Source of the DNA: an uncultured Acidobacteriota bacterium
GTDB taxonomy: Bacteria > Acidobacteriota > Thermoanaerobaculia > Gp7-AA8
Reading direction: 5' to 3'
Length of the DNA: 64,000 bases
Assembly: GCA_963822445.1 (NCBI GenBank)
Contig: CAWGHO010000002.1
Coordinates: 1,312,001-1,376,000, forward strand
The notes beneath the pieces were generated by a model that saw only the letters and a program-made list of their open reading frames with translations, made no database searches and was not told where the DNA came from. This document shows positions 1 to 12,191 of the stretch, in pieces (within the stretch, counting starts at the first letter, position 1; every line of letters starts with the position of its first letter). A program made the position numbers and the translations under genes.

Positions 1-1515
1 CGCGGCGAAGCGAACGGCAACCTCCTCGTTCACTACCAGACCCCGCTCTCCGACGGCAACGGCGTGTTCATGGAAGTGAAGAGCGGCACGTACACCGGCT
101 TCCGCACATGGGAGACGCAGACCTGGAACGTGCGCAAGTTCGAATGGGAGAACGGGCAGCTGGTCACGCGGTGGACCGCCGCCAGCGACTGGAAACCGGC
201 GCCATCCGGAGGACCGCGCTTCGAGCCGGTCTTTCATTCAGCGCTGCGCGGCGATGCGTTGTTCATGGCCGGCGCGGGAGGAACGGTCCTCGAAGTCGAT
301 CGCGATACCGGCACGATTCGTCAGCGTCACGGACAGTTCGATCCGGTGCTCGACGCGCGGACGTTCGTGATCAGCCCGATCACGATCGATGCGGACGGCA
401 ACATCTATTACAACGTGGTGCGGATGTCGGAGGCGGCCAACCCCTGGACGTCCGATCACGCCGGCGCGTGGCTGGTGAAGATCGCCCGCGATGGAACGGC
501 GTCGCGAGCGGCGTACAGCGCGCTGGTGACGAATGCCCCCCCGCCGACGGATGCATGCACCGGCGAGTTTGCGACGGGCCAGCAGCCGTGGCCGCCGTCG
601 CCGACGGCCACACCACCCGCGCCGCTGTGCGGCTCGCAACGCGCCGGAATGAACGTCGCGCCGGCGGTCGGGCCGGACGGCACGGTCTACACCGTCTCGC
701 GCACTCATCTGAACAGCCGCTGGGGATGGCTGGTGGCGGTGAACCCCGATCTCACGACGAAGTGGTCGACGTCGCTCCGCAATCGATTCAACGACGGCTG
801 CAACGTTCTGCTCCCGCCGAACGGATCGCCCGGAGGATGCCGCGAGGGGGCGACGACCGGCGTCGATCCGTCCGACAACCAGCCCGGCTCCGGTGCGGTG
901 AACGACAGCTCGACGTCGTCGCCCGTCGTCGCGCCGGACGGCACGATCTACTACGGCGCGTACAACCGCTACAACCACTCCCAGGGCCACATGATGCGGT
1001 TCTCCGCGTCGGGGGAGTACCTCACCGCGTACAAGTTCGGATGGGACGTGACGCCGGCGATCTGGAAGCACGACGGAACGTTCTCGCTCATCACGAAAGA
1101 GAACCGCTACGAAGGCACCGGCCCGCGCGTCGCCGGCGATGAGGAGGGCTACTTCATCACACAGCTCTCGCCGGAGCTGAACGTGGAGTGGCAGTTCAAG
1201 AGCACGAACACGCTCAGCTGCGAGCGACAGCCGGACGGCACGATGACCTGCGTCGACAACCGGCCGGGCGGCTTCGAGTGGTGCGTCAACTCACTGGCCG
1301 TCGACCGGAACGGCGTGGTGTTCGTCAACAGCGAGGATGGTCATCTCTACGCCATCAACCAGGGCGGCACGCTTCGCGAGCGGATCTTCCTGCAGCTCGC
1401 GCTGGGCGCGGCCTACACGCCGCTCTCGATGGGAGTCGACGGACGGATCTACACGCAGAACGCGGGACGGCTGTTCGTAGTGGGATCGCAGCCGAAGCGG
1501 CGATCGGTGCGGTAG
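1..1515 (+). CDS. Beta-propeller (PQQ/BamB-repeat-like) protein, 5'-truncated by the window edge; ends KRRSVR
   Basis: Frame is open from base 1; repeated motifs SPVVAPDGTIY, PAVGPDGTVY, SEDGHLYAI; paired cysteines. Confidence 0.7.
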   Translation, partial: RGEANGNLLVHYQTPLSDGNGVFMEVKSGTYTGFRTWETQTWNVRKFEWENGQLVTRWTAASDWKPAPSGGPRFEPVFHSALRGDALFMAGAGGTVLEVDRDTGTIRQRHGQFDPVLDARTFVISPITIDADGNIYYNVVRMSEAANPWTSDHAGAWLVKIARDGTASRAAYSALVTNAPPPTDACTGEFATGQQPWPPSPTATPPAPLCGSQRAGMNVAPAVGPDGTVYTVSRTHLNSRWGWLVAVNPDLTTKWSTSLRNRFNDGCNVLLPPNGSPGGCREGATTGVDPSDNQPGSGAVNDSSTSSPVVAPDGTIYYGAYNRYNHSQGHMMRFSASGEYLTAYKFGWDVTPAIWKHDGTFSLITKENRYEGTGPRVAGDEEGYFITQLSPELNVEWQFKSTNTLSCERQPDGTMTCVDNRPGGFEWCVNSLAVDRNGVVFVNSEDGHLYAINQGGTLRERIFLQLALGAAYTPLSMGVDGRIYTQNAGRLFVVGSQPKRRSVR

Positions 1516-1944
1516 CGGATCAGCGCTCACCCGCGCCAACCCGCGCGAACAACCGAGTCGAGCTACGGCTTCGGTTCGTCAGTTCGGAGCAGATGCCGAT
1601 AGCGGTTGACCACTACCGCCGTCGCGATCTGGCCGAATATGAATCCGCCGATTCCGGCACCGACGACAACTCCGACCAGGCGCGCATCTTGAGCTTTACC
1701 AAACATGGTACCGAGCCATGTGCAAACGCCGCACGCCAGAAGCCCAAGCCAGGTTTGCCAGTGTCTGAATGCGCGGGAGCTGATTCGGCGCCAAACCCTG
1801 CCGCGTTGGCGCGCGGGTAGGCTGGATAACTCAGGGATGCTCGCGAGAGTCCAGTAGATTCGCATCCGCAGTTCGAAGACTCCAGAATAGCAAACTACGA
1901 CACACGCGGCGCGGGTTGGCGTCGGCTGCAGCGTTGAGTTAGAC
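1510..1944 (-). mobile_element. Degenerate integron attC-like stem with a ~360 bp loop containing a small ORF
   Basis: Minus strand GTCTAAC-tcaa-CGCTGCAGCCG-A-CGCCAACCCGCGC (1944-1909) pairs with GCGCGGGTTGGCG-CGGGTGAGCG (1546-1524), with two extra bases; R' is degenerate (GCTACCG). Confidence 0.55.
1563..1865 (-). CDS. Small membrane protein (~100 aa, two hydrophobic segments)
   Basis: ATG at 1865 (MRIYWTL...) with GGAG upstream; two hydrophobic Gly-rich stretches. Confidence 0.6.
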   Translation of the reverse strand: MRIYWTLASIPELSSLPARQRGRVWRRISSRAFRHWQTWLGLLACGVCTWLGTMFGKAQDARLVGVVVGAGIGGFIFGQIATAVVVNRYRHLLRTDEPKP

Positions 1945-1959
1945 GGTGGGGGCGTCTGA

Positions 1960-4395
1960 CTACTCGTTCGCAGCCGCAACCGGCGTGATCGGCGCCCTGT
2001 AATCGCACTCGGCGTCGTTGCAGTACTCGATGTGCCCCTCGCGCTTGGTCTCCTTCTCCAGGAGATACGGCGCGTGGCACTTCGGGCATTCTCGGGCAAC
2101 CGGGCGATTGTTCAGCGTGAACTCGCACTTCGGGTAGCGGTTGCAGGAGAAGAACACGCCGCGGCGCGAGATGCGCTCGACCAGCTCACCCTCGCCGCAG
2201 GTCGGGCACTTCACACCGGTCGGCTTCGGCGGCGTGGACTTGCGGCCGATCTTGCGGATGGTCTTGCAGTCCGGATAGCCGGCGCACGAATAGAACGGGC
2301 CGTAGCGGCCGCTCTTGAGGACCATTTCCTTCCCACAGTTTTCGCAGGGAGGCTGCGGCTCGCTGGGCAGGTTCGCCGCGGCCTTCATCAGCTTGGGGTC
2401 CTTCGTGTTCTTGCAGTCGGGGTAGCCGGTGCAGGCGAAGAACTGCCCGAACCGCGAGCGCTTGAGCGCCATCGGCTTCCCGCATTTGTCGCAGATGATC
2501 TGCTCGTCGTCCGACGTGGCCGCGGCGGCATCGCCCTTGGCCATTTCCTTCGTGGTCTTGCACTCGGGGTAGTTCGAGCAGGCCATGAACTCGCCGAAGC
2601 GACCGAACTTGATGATCATCGGCGAGCCGCAGTTCTCGCACTTTTCGTCGGTCTCGAGTCCGGAGCCTTTGACCTGGGTCATCTCCGTCGCCGCCCGCTC
2701 GAGGTCGACGTTGAACTTGACCGAGAAATCCTTCATCAGGTCGGTCCAGATCATCTTCCCGTCTTCGACCTCGTCGAGGTCCTGCTCGAGCTTCGCCGTG
2801 TAGCCCTCGTCGATGATGTCGCCGAAGGACTGCTTGAGCAGCGTGACCACGAGCGTGCCGAGGTGGGTTGGGTGGAACTTGCCCTCGTGCTTGTAGGTGT
2901 AGTCGCGGGCCTGGATGGTCGTGAGAATCGCGCCGTACGTGGACGGCCGGCCGATGCCGTTCTCTTCCAGCGCCTTCACCAGCGTGGCTTCGGTGTAGCG
3001 CGGCGGCGGCTGGGTGAAGTTCTGCTTCGTATCGAGATCGACGAGGGAAAGCACGTCGCCTTCGTTCAGCGGCGGCAGCGCCTTCTCATTCTTCTTCTCT
3101 TCATCCTCGTCGTAGTCTTCCGAAGGCTCGTCCTGGAAGACGGCCAGGAAGCCGGCGAACTTCTGCACCTCGCCCGAGGCGCGGAGGGTGAGGTTGCCCA
3201 CGGTGATGTCCGCGTCGGTGACGTCGAACAGCGCCGGCTTCATCTGCGACCCGACGAAGCGGTCCCAGATCATCTTGTAGAGGCCGTACTCCTCGCGGGT
3301 CAGGAAGTCCTTGATCTTCTCGGGGTCGAGCTCCATCGAGGTCGGGCGGATGGCCTCATGGGCTTCCTGCGCTTGTGCAGCTTTTTTGACCTTATAAAAG
3401 TTCGGTTTATCGGGAAGAATATCGTCACCATATTTCGCGGCGATATACGATCTCACTTCTCCGAGAGCGTCGTCGCTGATGCGCACCGAGTCGGTACGCA
3501 TGTAGGTGATGAGACCCGCAAACCCGAACGTGCCGAGCTCTTTGCCTTCGTACAGCTTCTGCGCGACCTGCATGGTCCGCTTCACCGGCCACTTGAACCG
3601 GTTGTAGGCCGTGCGCTGCAGGGTCGAGGTGATGAACGGCGGCGCGGCGGACTGTTTCCGCTCCTTCCGCGCGACTTCGGTGACGACGTACTTGCCGCTC
3701 TTGAGCGCCGCTTCGATCTTCCGGGCCGTCTCCTCGTTCGGAACTTCGGCCTTCTTGCCGTCGACCTTCGAGAGCTTGGCGATGAACTGCGGGGGGACGC
3801 CGGCGGCGAGCTTCGCGGCGAACGTCCAGTACTCGACCGGGGTGAACGCTTTGATGTCTTCCTCGCGGTCGACGATCATCTTCATCGCCACCGACTGCAC
3901 GCGTCCGGCGGAGAGACCGCGGCGCACCTTGTCCCAGAGCAGGGGAGAGAGCTTGTAACCGACGAGGCGGTCGAGAACGCGCCGGGCCTGCTGCGCGTTG
4001 ACCTTGTTCATGTCGATCTCGCCGGGATGCTCGATCGCTTTCTTGACGGCTTTCTTGGTGATCTCGTGGAAGAGGACCCGGCGGACCTTCGAGGCGTCGC
4101 CGCCGAGGAGGTTCATCACGTGCCAGCCGATGGCCTCTCCCTCGCGATCAGGGTCGGAAGCGATGTAGATGGTCGTGGCTTTTTTCGCGGCTGCTTTGAG
4201 CTCGCTGACGACCTTCTCTTTGCCTTCCAGGACCTCGTACTTCGGGAGGAAGGTGACCTCGTCGACGCCGAGCTCGCTCTTGGGGAGATCGCGGACGTGG
4301 CCGACCGACGCTTTGACCAGGTAATCCTTGCCGATGAACTTGTTGATTGTCTTCGCTTTCGCGGGAGACTCGACGATGACTAGGTTCTTGGCCAT
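1960..4395 (-). CDS. topA: DNA topoisomerase I with C-terminal zinc ribbons
   Basis: LVIVESPAKAKTI, DPDREGEAI, SAGRVQS, ITYMRTDS, repeated CxxC...CxxYPxC. Confidence 0.97.
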   Translation of the reverse strand: MAKNLVIVESPAKAKTINKFIGKDYLVKASVGHVRDLPKSELGVDEVTFLPKYEVLEGKEKVVSELKAAAKKATTIYIASDPDREGEAIGWHVMNLLGGDASKVRRVLFHEITKKAVKKAIEHPGEIDMNKVNAQQARRVLDRLVGYKLSPLLWDKVRRGLSAGRVQSVAMKMIVDREEDIKAFTPVEYWTFAAKLAAGVPPQFIAKLSKVDGKKAEVPNEETARKIEAALKSGKYVVTEVARKERKQSAAPPFITSTLQRTAYNRFKWPVKRTMQVAQKLYEGKELGTFGFAGLITYMRTDSVRISDDALGEVRSYIAAKYGDDILPDKPNFYKVKKAAQAQEAHEAIRPTSMELDPEKIKDFLTREEYGLYKMIWDRFVGSQMKPALFDVTDADITVGNLTLRASGEVQKFAGFLAVFQDEPSEDYDEDEEKKNEKALPPLNEGDVLSLVDLDTKQNFTQPPPRYTEATLVKALEENGIGRPSTYGAILTTIQARDYTYKHEGKFHPTHLGTLVVTLLKQSFGDIIDEGYTAKLEQDLDEVEDGKMIWTDLMKDFSVKFNVDLERAATEMTQVKGSGLETDEKCENCGSPMIIKFGRFGEFMACSNYPECKTTKEMAKGDAAAATSDDEQIICDKCGKPMALKRSRFGQFFACTGYPDCKNTKDPKLMKAAANLPSEPQPPCENCGKEMVLKSGRYGPFYSCAGYPDCKTIRKIGRKSTPPKPTGVKCPTCGEGELVERISRRGVFFSCNRYPKCEFTLNNRPVARECPKCHAPYLLEKETKREGHIEYCNDAECDYRAPITPVAAANE

Positions 4396-4497
4396 TGCGG
4401 AACGCCCCAAACTGACCGCTCGACCACCGTTATTCCGGTGCTCTCGGGAGGCGGGACGATATCAGACCGTTTCGAAAGGGCGCAAAATGGCTACCGC

Positions 4498-4944
4498 ATG
4501 TGGAGAAATGTTGCTCTGGGAACCATCATCGTCGGCTTTCTCGACATCGCCGAAGTGATCGTCTTTTACGCCTTTCGGGGCGTGAAGCCGATCCGGATCC
4601 TGCAGTCGGTCGCGGCCGGACTGACGGGTCGCGATCGAGCATTTTCCGGAGGTACCGAGACCGCGGTGCTCGGCCTCTTCTTCCACTTCTTCATCGCCTT
4701 CGTGGTGGTGCTGATCTACCACCTGGCCGCACGCCGCATCCGTGCGCTGAGCGAGCACCCGTTCGTGATGGGCACGCTCTACGGACTGGCTGTTTACCTG
4801 GTGATGAACTTCGTGATCGTGCCGATGAGCGCGGCCGGCCAGACGGGGCGCGGCACCTGGCCGGTCATGGCCAACGTGATCTTCGCGCATGTGGCCTGTG
4901 TGGGGATTCCGACAGCGCTCCTGGCGCCGCAACGGGATAGGTAG
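4498..4944 (+). CDS. Hypothetical multi-pass membrane protein
   Basis: About four hydrophobic helices; ATG at 4498. Confidence 0.7.
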   Translation: MWRNVALGTIIVGFLDIAEVIVFYAFRGVKPIRILQSVAAGLTGRDRAFSGGTETAVLGLFFHFFIAFVVVLIYHLAARRIRALSEHPFVMGTLYGLAVYLVMNFVIVPMSAAGQTGRGTWPVMANVIFAHVACVGIPTALLAPQRDR

Positions 4945-5023
4945 AGTCGAAGTCGCGAAACTTGTGCGCCCCGGCAGCCGCACGTGCATGAGCGCAGCAA
5001 CCAGCGCAGCCGGCCGTGCCGGC

Positions 5024-6401
5024 CTATTCGTCTTCTTCGTCGTCCGCGCCGGCGCTCTTGTACTTCTTGGTCTTGTTGTAGAGCGTCTTGTAGGAGATGC
5101 CGAGGATCTCCGCGGTCTTGCGGCGGTCGCCGTCATTGGCGTTGAGCGTCTCTTCGATGACGATCCGCTCCACTTCTTCCATCGGCTGGCCCAGCGGAAT
5201 GCGTGACGCTGTTCTTGGAGCGCTTGCGGCGCCCACCGATCAGCTTGTCCGGCAGGCACTCCAGGGTGAGCGTGTCGCCACGGGCCATGATGAAGGCGCG
5301 GTTGATGACGTTGCGCAGCTCGCGGACGTTGCCCGGCCACTCGTAGGCCTGCAGGGCCTCGATGAAGTCGGCGTCGATCTTGTCGACGTTCTTGTCCTCG
5401 CTCTCGTTCAGCTTCTGCAGGAAGAAGTGCGAGAAGAGCGGAAGGTCTTCGAGGCGCTCGCGCAGCGGCGGCACTTCGATGGGGAAGACGTTCAGGCGGT
5501 AGTAGAGGTCCTCGCGCATCCGGCCGTCGGTGATGGCCTTCTGCGGATCGCGGTTCGAGGCAGCGATGATGCGCGCGTCGATGTTGATCTCGTGATTGCC
5601 GCCGACGCGGCGGAACTTGCCTTCCTCGAGCACGCGCAGGAGCTTGACCTGCAGCTCGATGGGCATCTCCGTGATCTCGTCGAGGAACACCGTGCCGCCC
5701 TTGGCCATCTCGAAATAGCCTTCGCGCTGCTTGATGGCGTTGGTGAAGGCGCCCTTTTCGTGGCCGAAGATCTCGGACTCGATGAGGGTAGGGGAGATCG
5801 CGCCGCAGTTGAAGGCGATGAACGGCTTCGAGCGGCGGCGGGACAGCGAGTGAATGGTGTTGGCGACGACTTCCTTGCCCGAGCCCGACTCGCCGACGAT
5901 GAAGACGTTGGCGTCGGTGTTGGCGACCATCTCGATCTCTTCGAAGAGGCGCTGCATGCGCGGCGACTTGCCGACGAGGTGGCCGAGGGCGCCCATCTTC
6001 TGCAGCTGGCGGCGGAGCTCGAGGATCTCCTGCTTCATCAGCTGCTTGTCTTCGACGGTCTTGAGAATGACCTGCAGGCGAGGGAGGTCGACCGGCTTGG
6101 TGACGTAGTCCTCGGCGCCGACTTTCAGGGCCTTGACCGCGGAGTCGACGGTCGCGTGGCCGGTGAGGATCACCACGGAGACGTCGGGGTAGTTTTCCTT
6201 CACGCGGTGGAGCAGGTCGAGGCCCGAGCCGTCGGGGAGCTTCAGGTCGACGATGGCCACGTCGGGAACGAGCTTGTTGATGGCGTTCCAGCCGGCTTTT
6301 ACGGAGTCGGCGAGCTCGGGCTCGTAGCCCCACTCCTCGACAACGTCGGCCATGCCGGCGCTCGTGGCGCGATCATCATCGACAATCAGGACTCTTTTCA
6401 T
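5024..6401 (-). CDS. Sigma54-dependent response regulator (REC-AAA+-Fis HTH), frameshifted near 5201
   Basis: REC (ILTGH, TKP), [22 protein letters not shown]; the HTH ([15 protein letters not shown]) is in another frame and one extra base at ~5201 accounts for the shift. Confidence 0.9.
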
Positions 6402-7036
6402 TGTGCTCCCAGGGGAAAGGACAACCGTAGCGAGACCTTACCACTTTCCTCGGCGGCATACAGCTCGCCACCGTAGGTTTCGGCGATGAGCCTGGCGACC
6501 GCGAGCGACAGGTCAGGATTTCCCTGCGGATCGGTGTAGTAGAACTTGAAGATTCGGGTGGGCTCGAAGTCTTCGGCGGCTGGCGTGCCGGTCACCGCGA
6601 CCGTGTAACTGCCATCGTCGCGGCTGGCGCGGCGGACATCGCCCGCCAGGACCTTCGACGCACCCTCGAAGAACAGCTTCACGGCCTCCCTGATTCTCGT
6701 TTCGTGAGCGGTGACGAGAGCCTGGCCGTCGTTCGCAACACCGTAACTGCTGCAGATCGCGGCAACGTCGACGGGCATCGGCGCCTCGTCGTTTTTCGGA
6801 GGAGTGGAGAGGAGAAAGAAGGCGTCGAAGATGTTGCCCAGGCGCCGCAGCTCGGTCTCCATCGCCCGTGCGTAGGACTCGAGCTTTTCGTCGTCGCCGT
6901 GGCCGAGCTTGCGCATGCGCATGCGCACCAGTTCGAGATTGAGGACGGCCACGTTGAGCGGCGTCTTCAGGTCGTGAGCGGTGTCAGCGCTGCGGCGAAA
7001 GTTCGCGCGCGCGAAGTTCTCGAGCCAGTGCTCCAT
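6398..7036 (-). CDS. Sensorless HisKA protein with degenerate HATPase domain
   Basis: H-box HDLKTPL; N, G1 and G2 boxes degenerate; 4-nt overlap with the regulator. Confidence 0.75.
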   Translation of the reverse strand: MEHWLENFARANFRRSADTAHDLKTPLNVAVLNLELVRMRMRKLGHGDDEKLESYARAMETELRRLGNIFDAFFLLSTPPKNDEAPMPVDVAAICSSYGVANDGQALVTAHETRIREAVKLFFEGASKVLAGDVRRASRDDGSYTVAVTGTPAAEDFEPTRIFKFYYTDPQGNPDLSLAVARLIAETYGGELYAAEESGKVSLRLSFPLGAQ

Positions 7037-7144
7037 ATCGGTGGTGTATCGAACCAGCTAGAGATTAATGCAAGGCGAGAGCCGCGGAGCTGGCTCGGTA
7101 GGGAAATCCCATCCAGGGCAACTCCTCGAGTAAGGAGGAACTCC

Positions 7145-7831
7145 ATGAAGCTTTTCGTTTTCTGTCTCGTGCTCCTGTGCACTGTTGCGGCCGGGGCGCA
7201 GGTCAATGATCTCTCTGCCATGAGGACGCCGCCGGCCGCTGCTGCCGCCGCCGGCGATGACTGCGCCGACGAGCGCGCCTTACTCGACGACTCCGGCACG
7301 CCAGCCACGGCGACGCAGCTTCCGCTCTCGTTTTTTGGCGCTGGCATCGGCGCGATCTCGAGCACCGGCGATGACCGCGTGGAATCTGCGGAAGTCGTCA
7401 ACAACCAGATCGTGGTGACGGAAGACGACGACCTGTCGCTCGGCCCGATCATGGAAGCGCACGCACTGGTATTCACTCTCAATCATTTGTGGGCGCTCCA
7501 CGACGACAAAGGTCGCGTGTACGTTACGCGGGAGAAGCCTTGTCAGGCCGCGGCGCTCTTTCCCACCGTCGCTCACGGACCCTTCGTCGCGCTGCAGCTC
7601 GACTCTGACCAGCTCGTGAGCGCTCTCGGAGTGGGCTGGATGGTCGGCTTCCGCATGAAGCAGTCCGACTCGAGCCTGAACGTCGGCCTCGCGTACACAC
7701 TGCAAAGCGACGTGAAGACACTCGCGGACGGATTCAACGAAGGCCAGGCCCTGCCAGCGGGACAAACAGCGATTCAGTACCACACCGGTCGCGGTTCGGC
7801 GCTGGCCCTCGTGGTGTCGTTCGGTTTCTAG
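7145..7831 (+). CDS. Hypothetical exported, possibly outer-membrane protein
   Basis: AAGGAGG RBS, signal-peptide-like MKLFVFCLVLL...AGA, C-terminal Phe. Confidence 0.65.
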   Translation: MKLFVFCLVLLCTVAAGAQVNDLSAMRTPPAAAAAAGDDCADERALLDDSGTPATATQLPLSFFGAGIGAISSTGDDRVESAEVVNNQIVVTEDDDLSLGPIMEAHALVFTLNHLWALHDDKGRVYVTREKPCQAAALFPTVAHGPFVALQLDSDQLVSALGVGWMVGFRMKQSDSSLNVGLAYTLQSDVKTLADGFNEGQALPAGQTAIQYHTGRGSALALVVSFGF

Positions 7832-8244
7832 TGCTCGCGATTGACGGTGATCATCGCCACCGACTCCTCGAGCCGCGCTTCGACGAGCGCGAACTCGGGG
7901 TCGTGCGATGAGAGGTCCATCAGCTCGCGCTCGGCGCGGCGGCGCTCTTCTTCGGCGGCCGCCGCGTCGATCTCGCCGGGCAGGACGCCCTTCTCGGCGA
8001 GGACGATCACGCGATCGGGAAGCACTTCTGCGAAGCCCCAGGAGATGACCAGCCGTTCGATCTTGCTGCCGGTGCGGTAGCGCAACGGCCCGATCTTCAG
8101 CGTCGCCAGCAGCGGGGTGTGGCCGGGAAGGACGCCGATCTCGCCGTCCGTCGCGGGCAGGATCACCTCGTCGACCTGAACGTCGACGATCTTCCGCTCG
8201 CGCGTGACCACGGTGAGATTGATCTTGTTCGGGAGATCGGCCAT
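7828..8244 (-). CDS. atpC: ATP synthase epsilon subunit
   Basis: GEIGVLPGHTP motif; operon position. Confidence 0.95.
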   Translation of the reverse strand: MADLPNKINLTVVTRERKIVDVQVDEVILPATDGEIGVLPGHTPLLATLKIGPLRYRTGSKIERLVISWGFAEVLPDRVIVLAEKGVLPGEIDAAAAEEERRRAERELMDLSSHDPEFALVEARLEESVAMITVNREH

Positions 8245-8260
8245 TTCGGTCTCTGAGTCC

Positions 8261-9742
<1,482 letters not shown>

Positions 9743-10603
9743 TTACTTGCCCGCGGCCGCAGCACCCGAAACGATCTCGATGATTTCCTTCGTGATCGAG
9801 GCCTGGCGGATCCGGTTGTAGGTCAGGGTGAGGTGGCTGATCATCTCGGACGCGTTCTTGGTGGCCGCTTCCATGGCGGTCATGCGCGCGCCCTGCTCCG
9901 CGGCGGCCGATTCGAGCAGCACGCGGTAGAGCTGAAACTCGATGTGCTTCGGGAGGAGCTCGCCGAGGATTTGTTCCGGGCCGGGCGCGTAGAGGTACTC
10001 GATGGCCGGCACGGTGAGATCGACTTCAGGACGCTCCAGCGGCAGCAGACGATCGAGCGAGACGCGCTGGGCGATGATCGATTTGAATTCGTTGTAGAGG
10101 ACGTAGACCGCGTCGAACTCGCCGCTCACGAAATCGGCGATCAGCGATTGGGCGATGTCGCGGACGACTTCCGGCGCCAGCGCCTGCAGCAGTGTGACCT
10201 GCTTCTTCAGCGGCAGATTGCGGCGCTTGAAAAAGTCGCCAGCCTTGCGGCCGATGGTGGTCAGGTGAATGTCCTGCCAGCCCTTTTCGGCGATCGCGTT
10301 CTGCGCCGCGCGGATGATGTTCGTGTTGAACGCGCCGCACAGGCCGCGGTCGGCGGTGACGATCAGCAGGAGGACTTTGTTCTCCTCCTCGCGCGGTGCG
10401 AGAAGCGGGTGCTTGTCCGCTTCGACGCGTGCGGAGACCGAGGCCAGCACCTGCCGCAGCGCGGCGCTGTACGGACGCGCGGCCATCATCCGCTCCTGCG
10501 CGCGGCGCAGCTTCGCCGCGGCCACCATCTTCATGGCCTTGGTGATCTGCTGCGTGTTCTTGACGCTGCGGATGCGACGTCTGAGGTCGATTGTGCTCGG
10601 CAT
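9743..10603 (-). CDS. atpG: ATP synthase gamma subunit
   Basis: ITKAMKMVAAAK, RQASITKEI. Confidence 0.98.
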   Translation of the reverse strand: MPSTIDLRRRIRSVKNTQQITKAMKMVAAAKLRRAQERMMAARPYSAALRQVLASVSARVEADKHPLLAPREEENKVLLLIVTADRGLCGAFNTNIIRAAQNAIAEKGWQDIHLTTIGRKAGDFFKRRNLPLKKQVTLLQALAPEVVRDIAQSLIADFVSGEFDAVYVLYNEFKSIIAQRVSLDRLLPLERPEVDLTVPAIEYLYAPGPEQILGELLPKHIEFQLYRVLLESAAAEQGARMTAMEAATKNASEMISHLTLTYNRIRQASITKEIIEIVSGAAAAGK

Positions 10604-10609
10604 TGAAGT

Positions 10610-12148
<1,539 letters not shown>

Positions 12149-12191
12149 GAAGTCTCCGTAATGGCGCGCGATATGTCTCGCGTGAAATTGA

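Noticed and set aside
2032-4383. Long antisense ORFs (also 8204-9736, 23255-24982, 33940-35196, 54894-57749 and others)
   Set aside because: Shadow frames of high-GC3 genes on the opposite strand; no recognisable motifs.
7097-7107. GGTAGGGAAAT, also present reverse-complemented at 41722 and 43425
   Set aside because: One independent 11-bp match in 64 kb is compatible with chance; there is no consistent promoter geometry.
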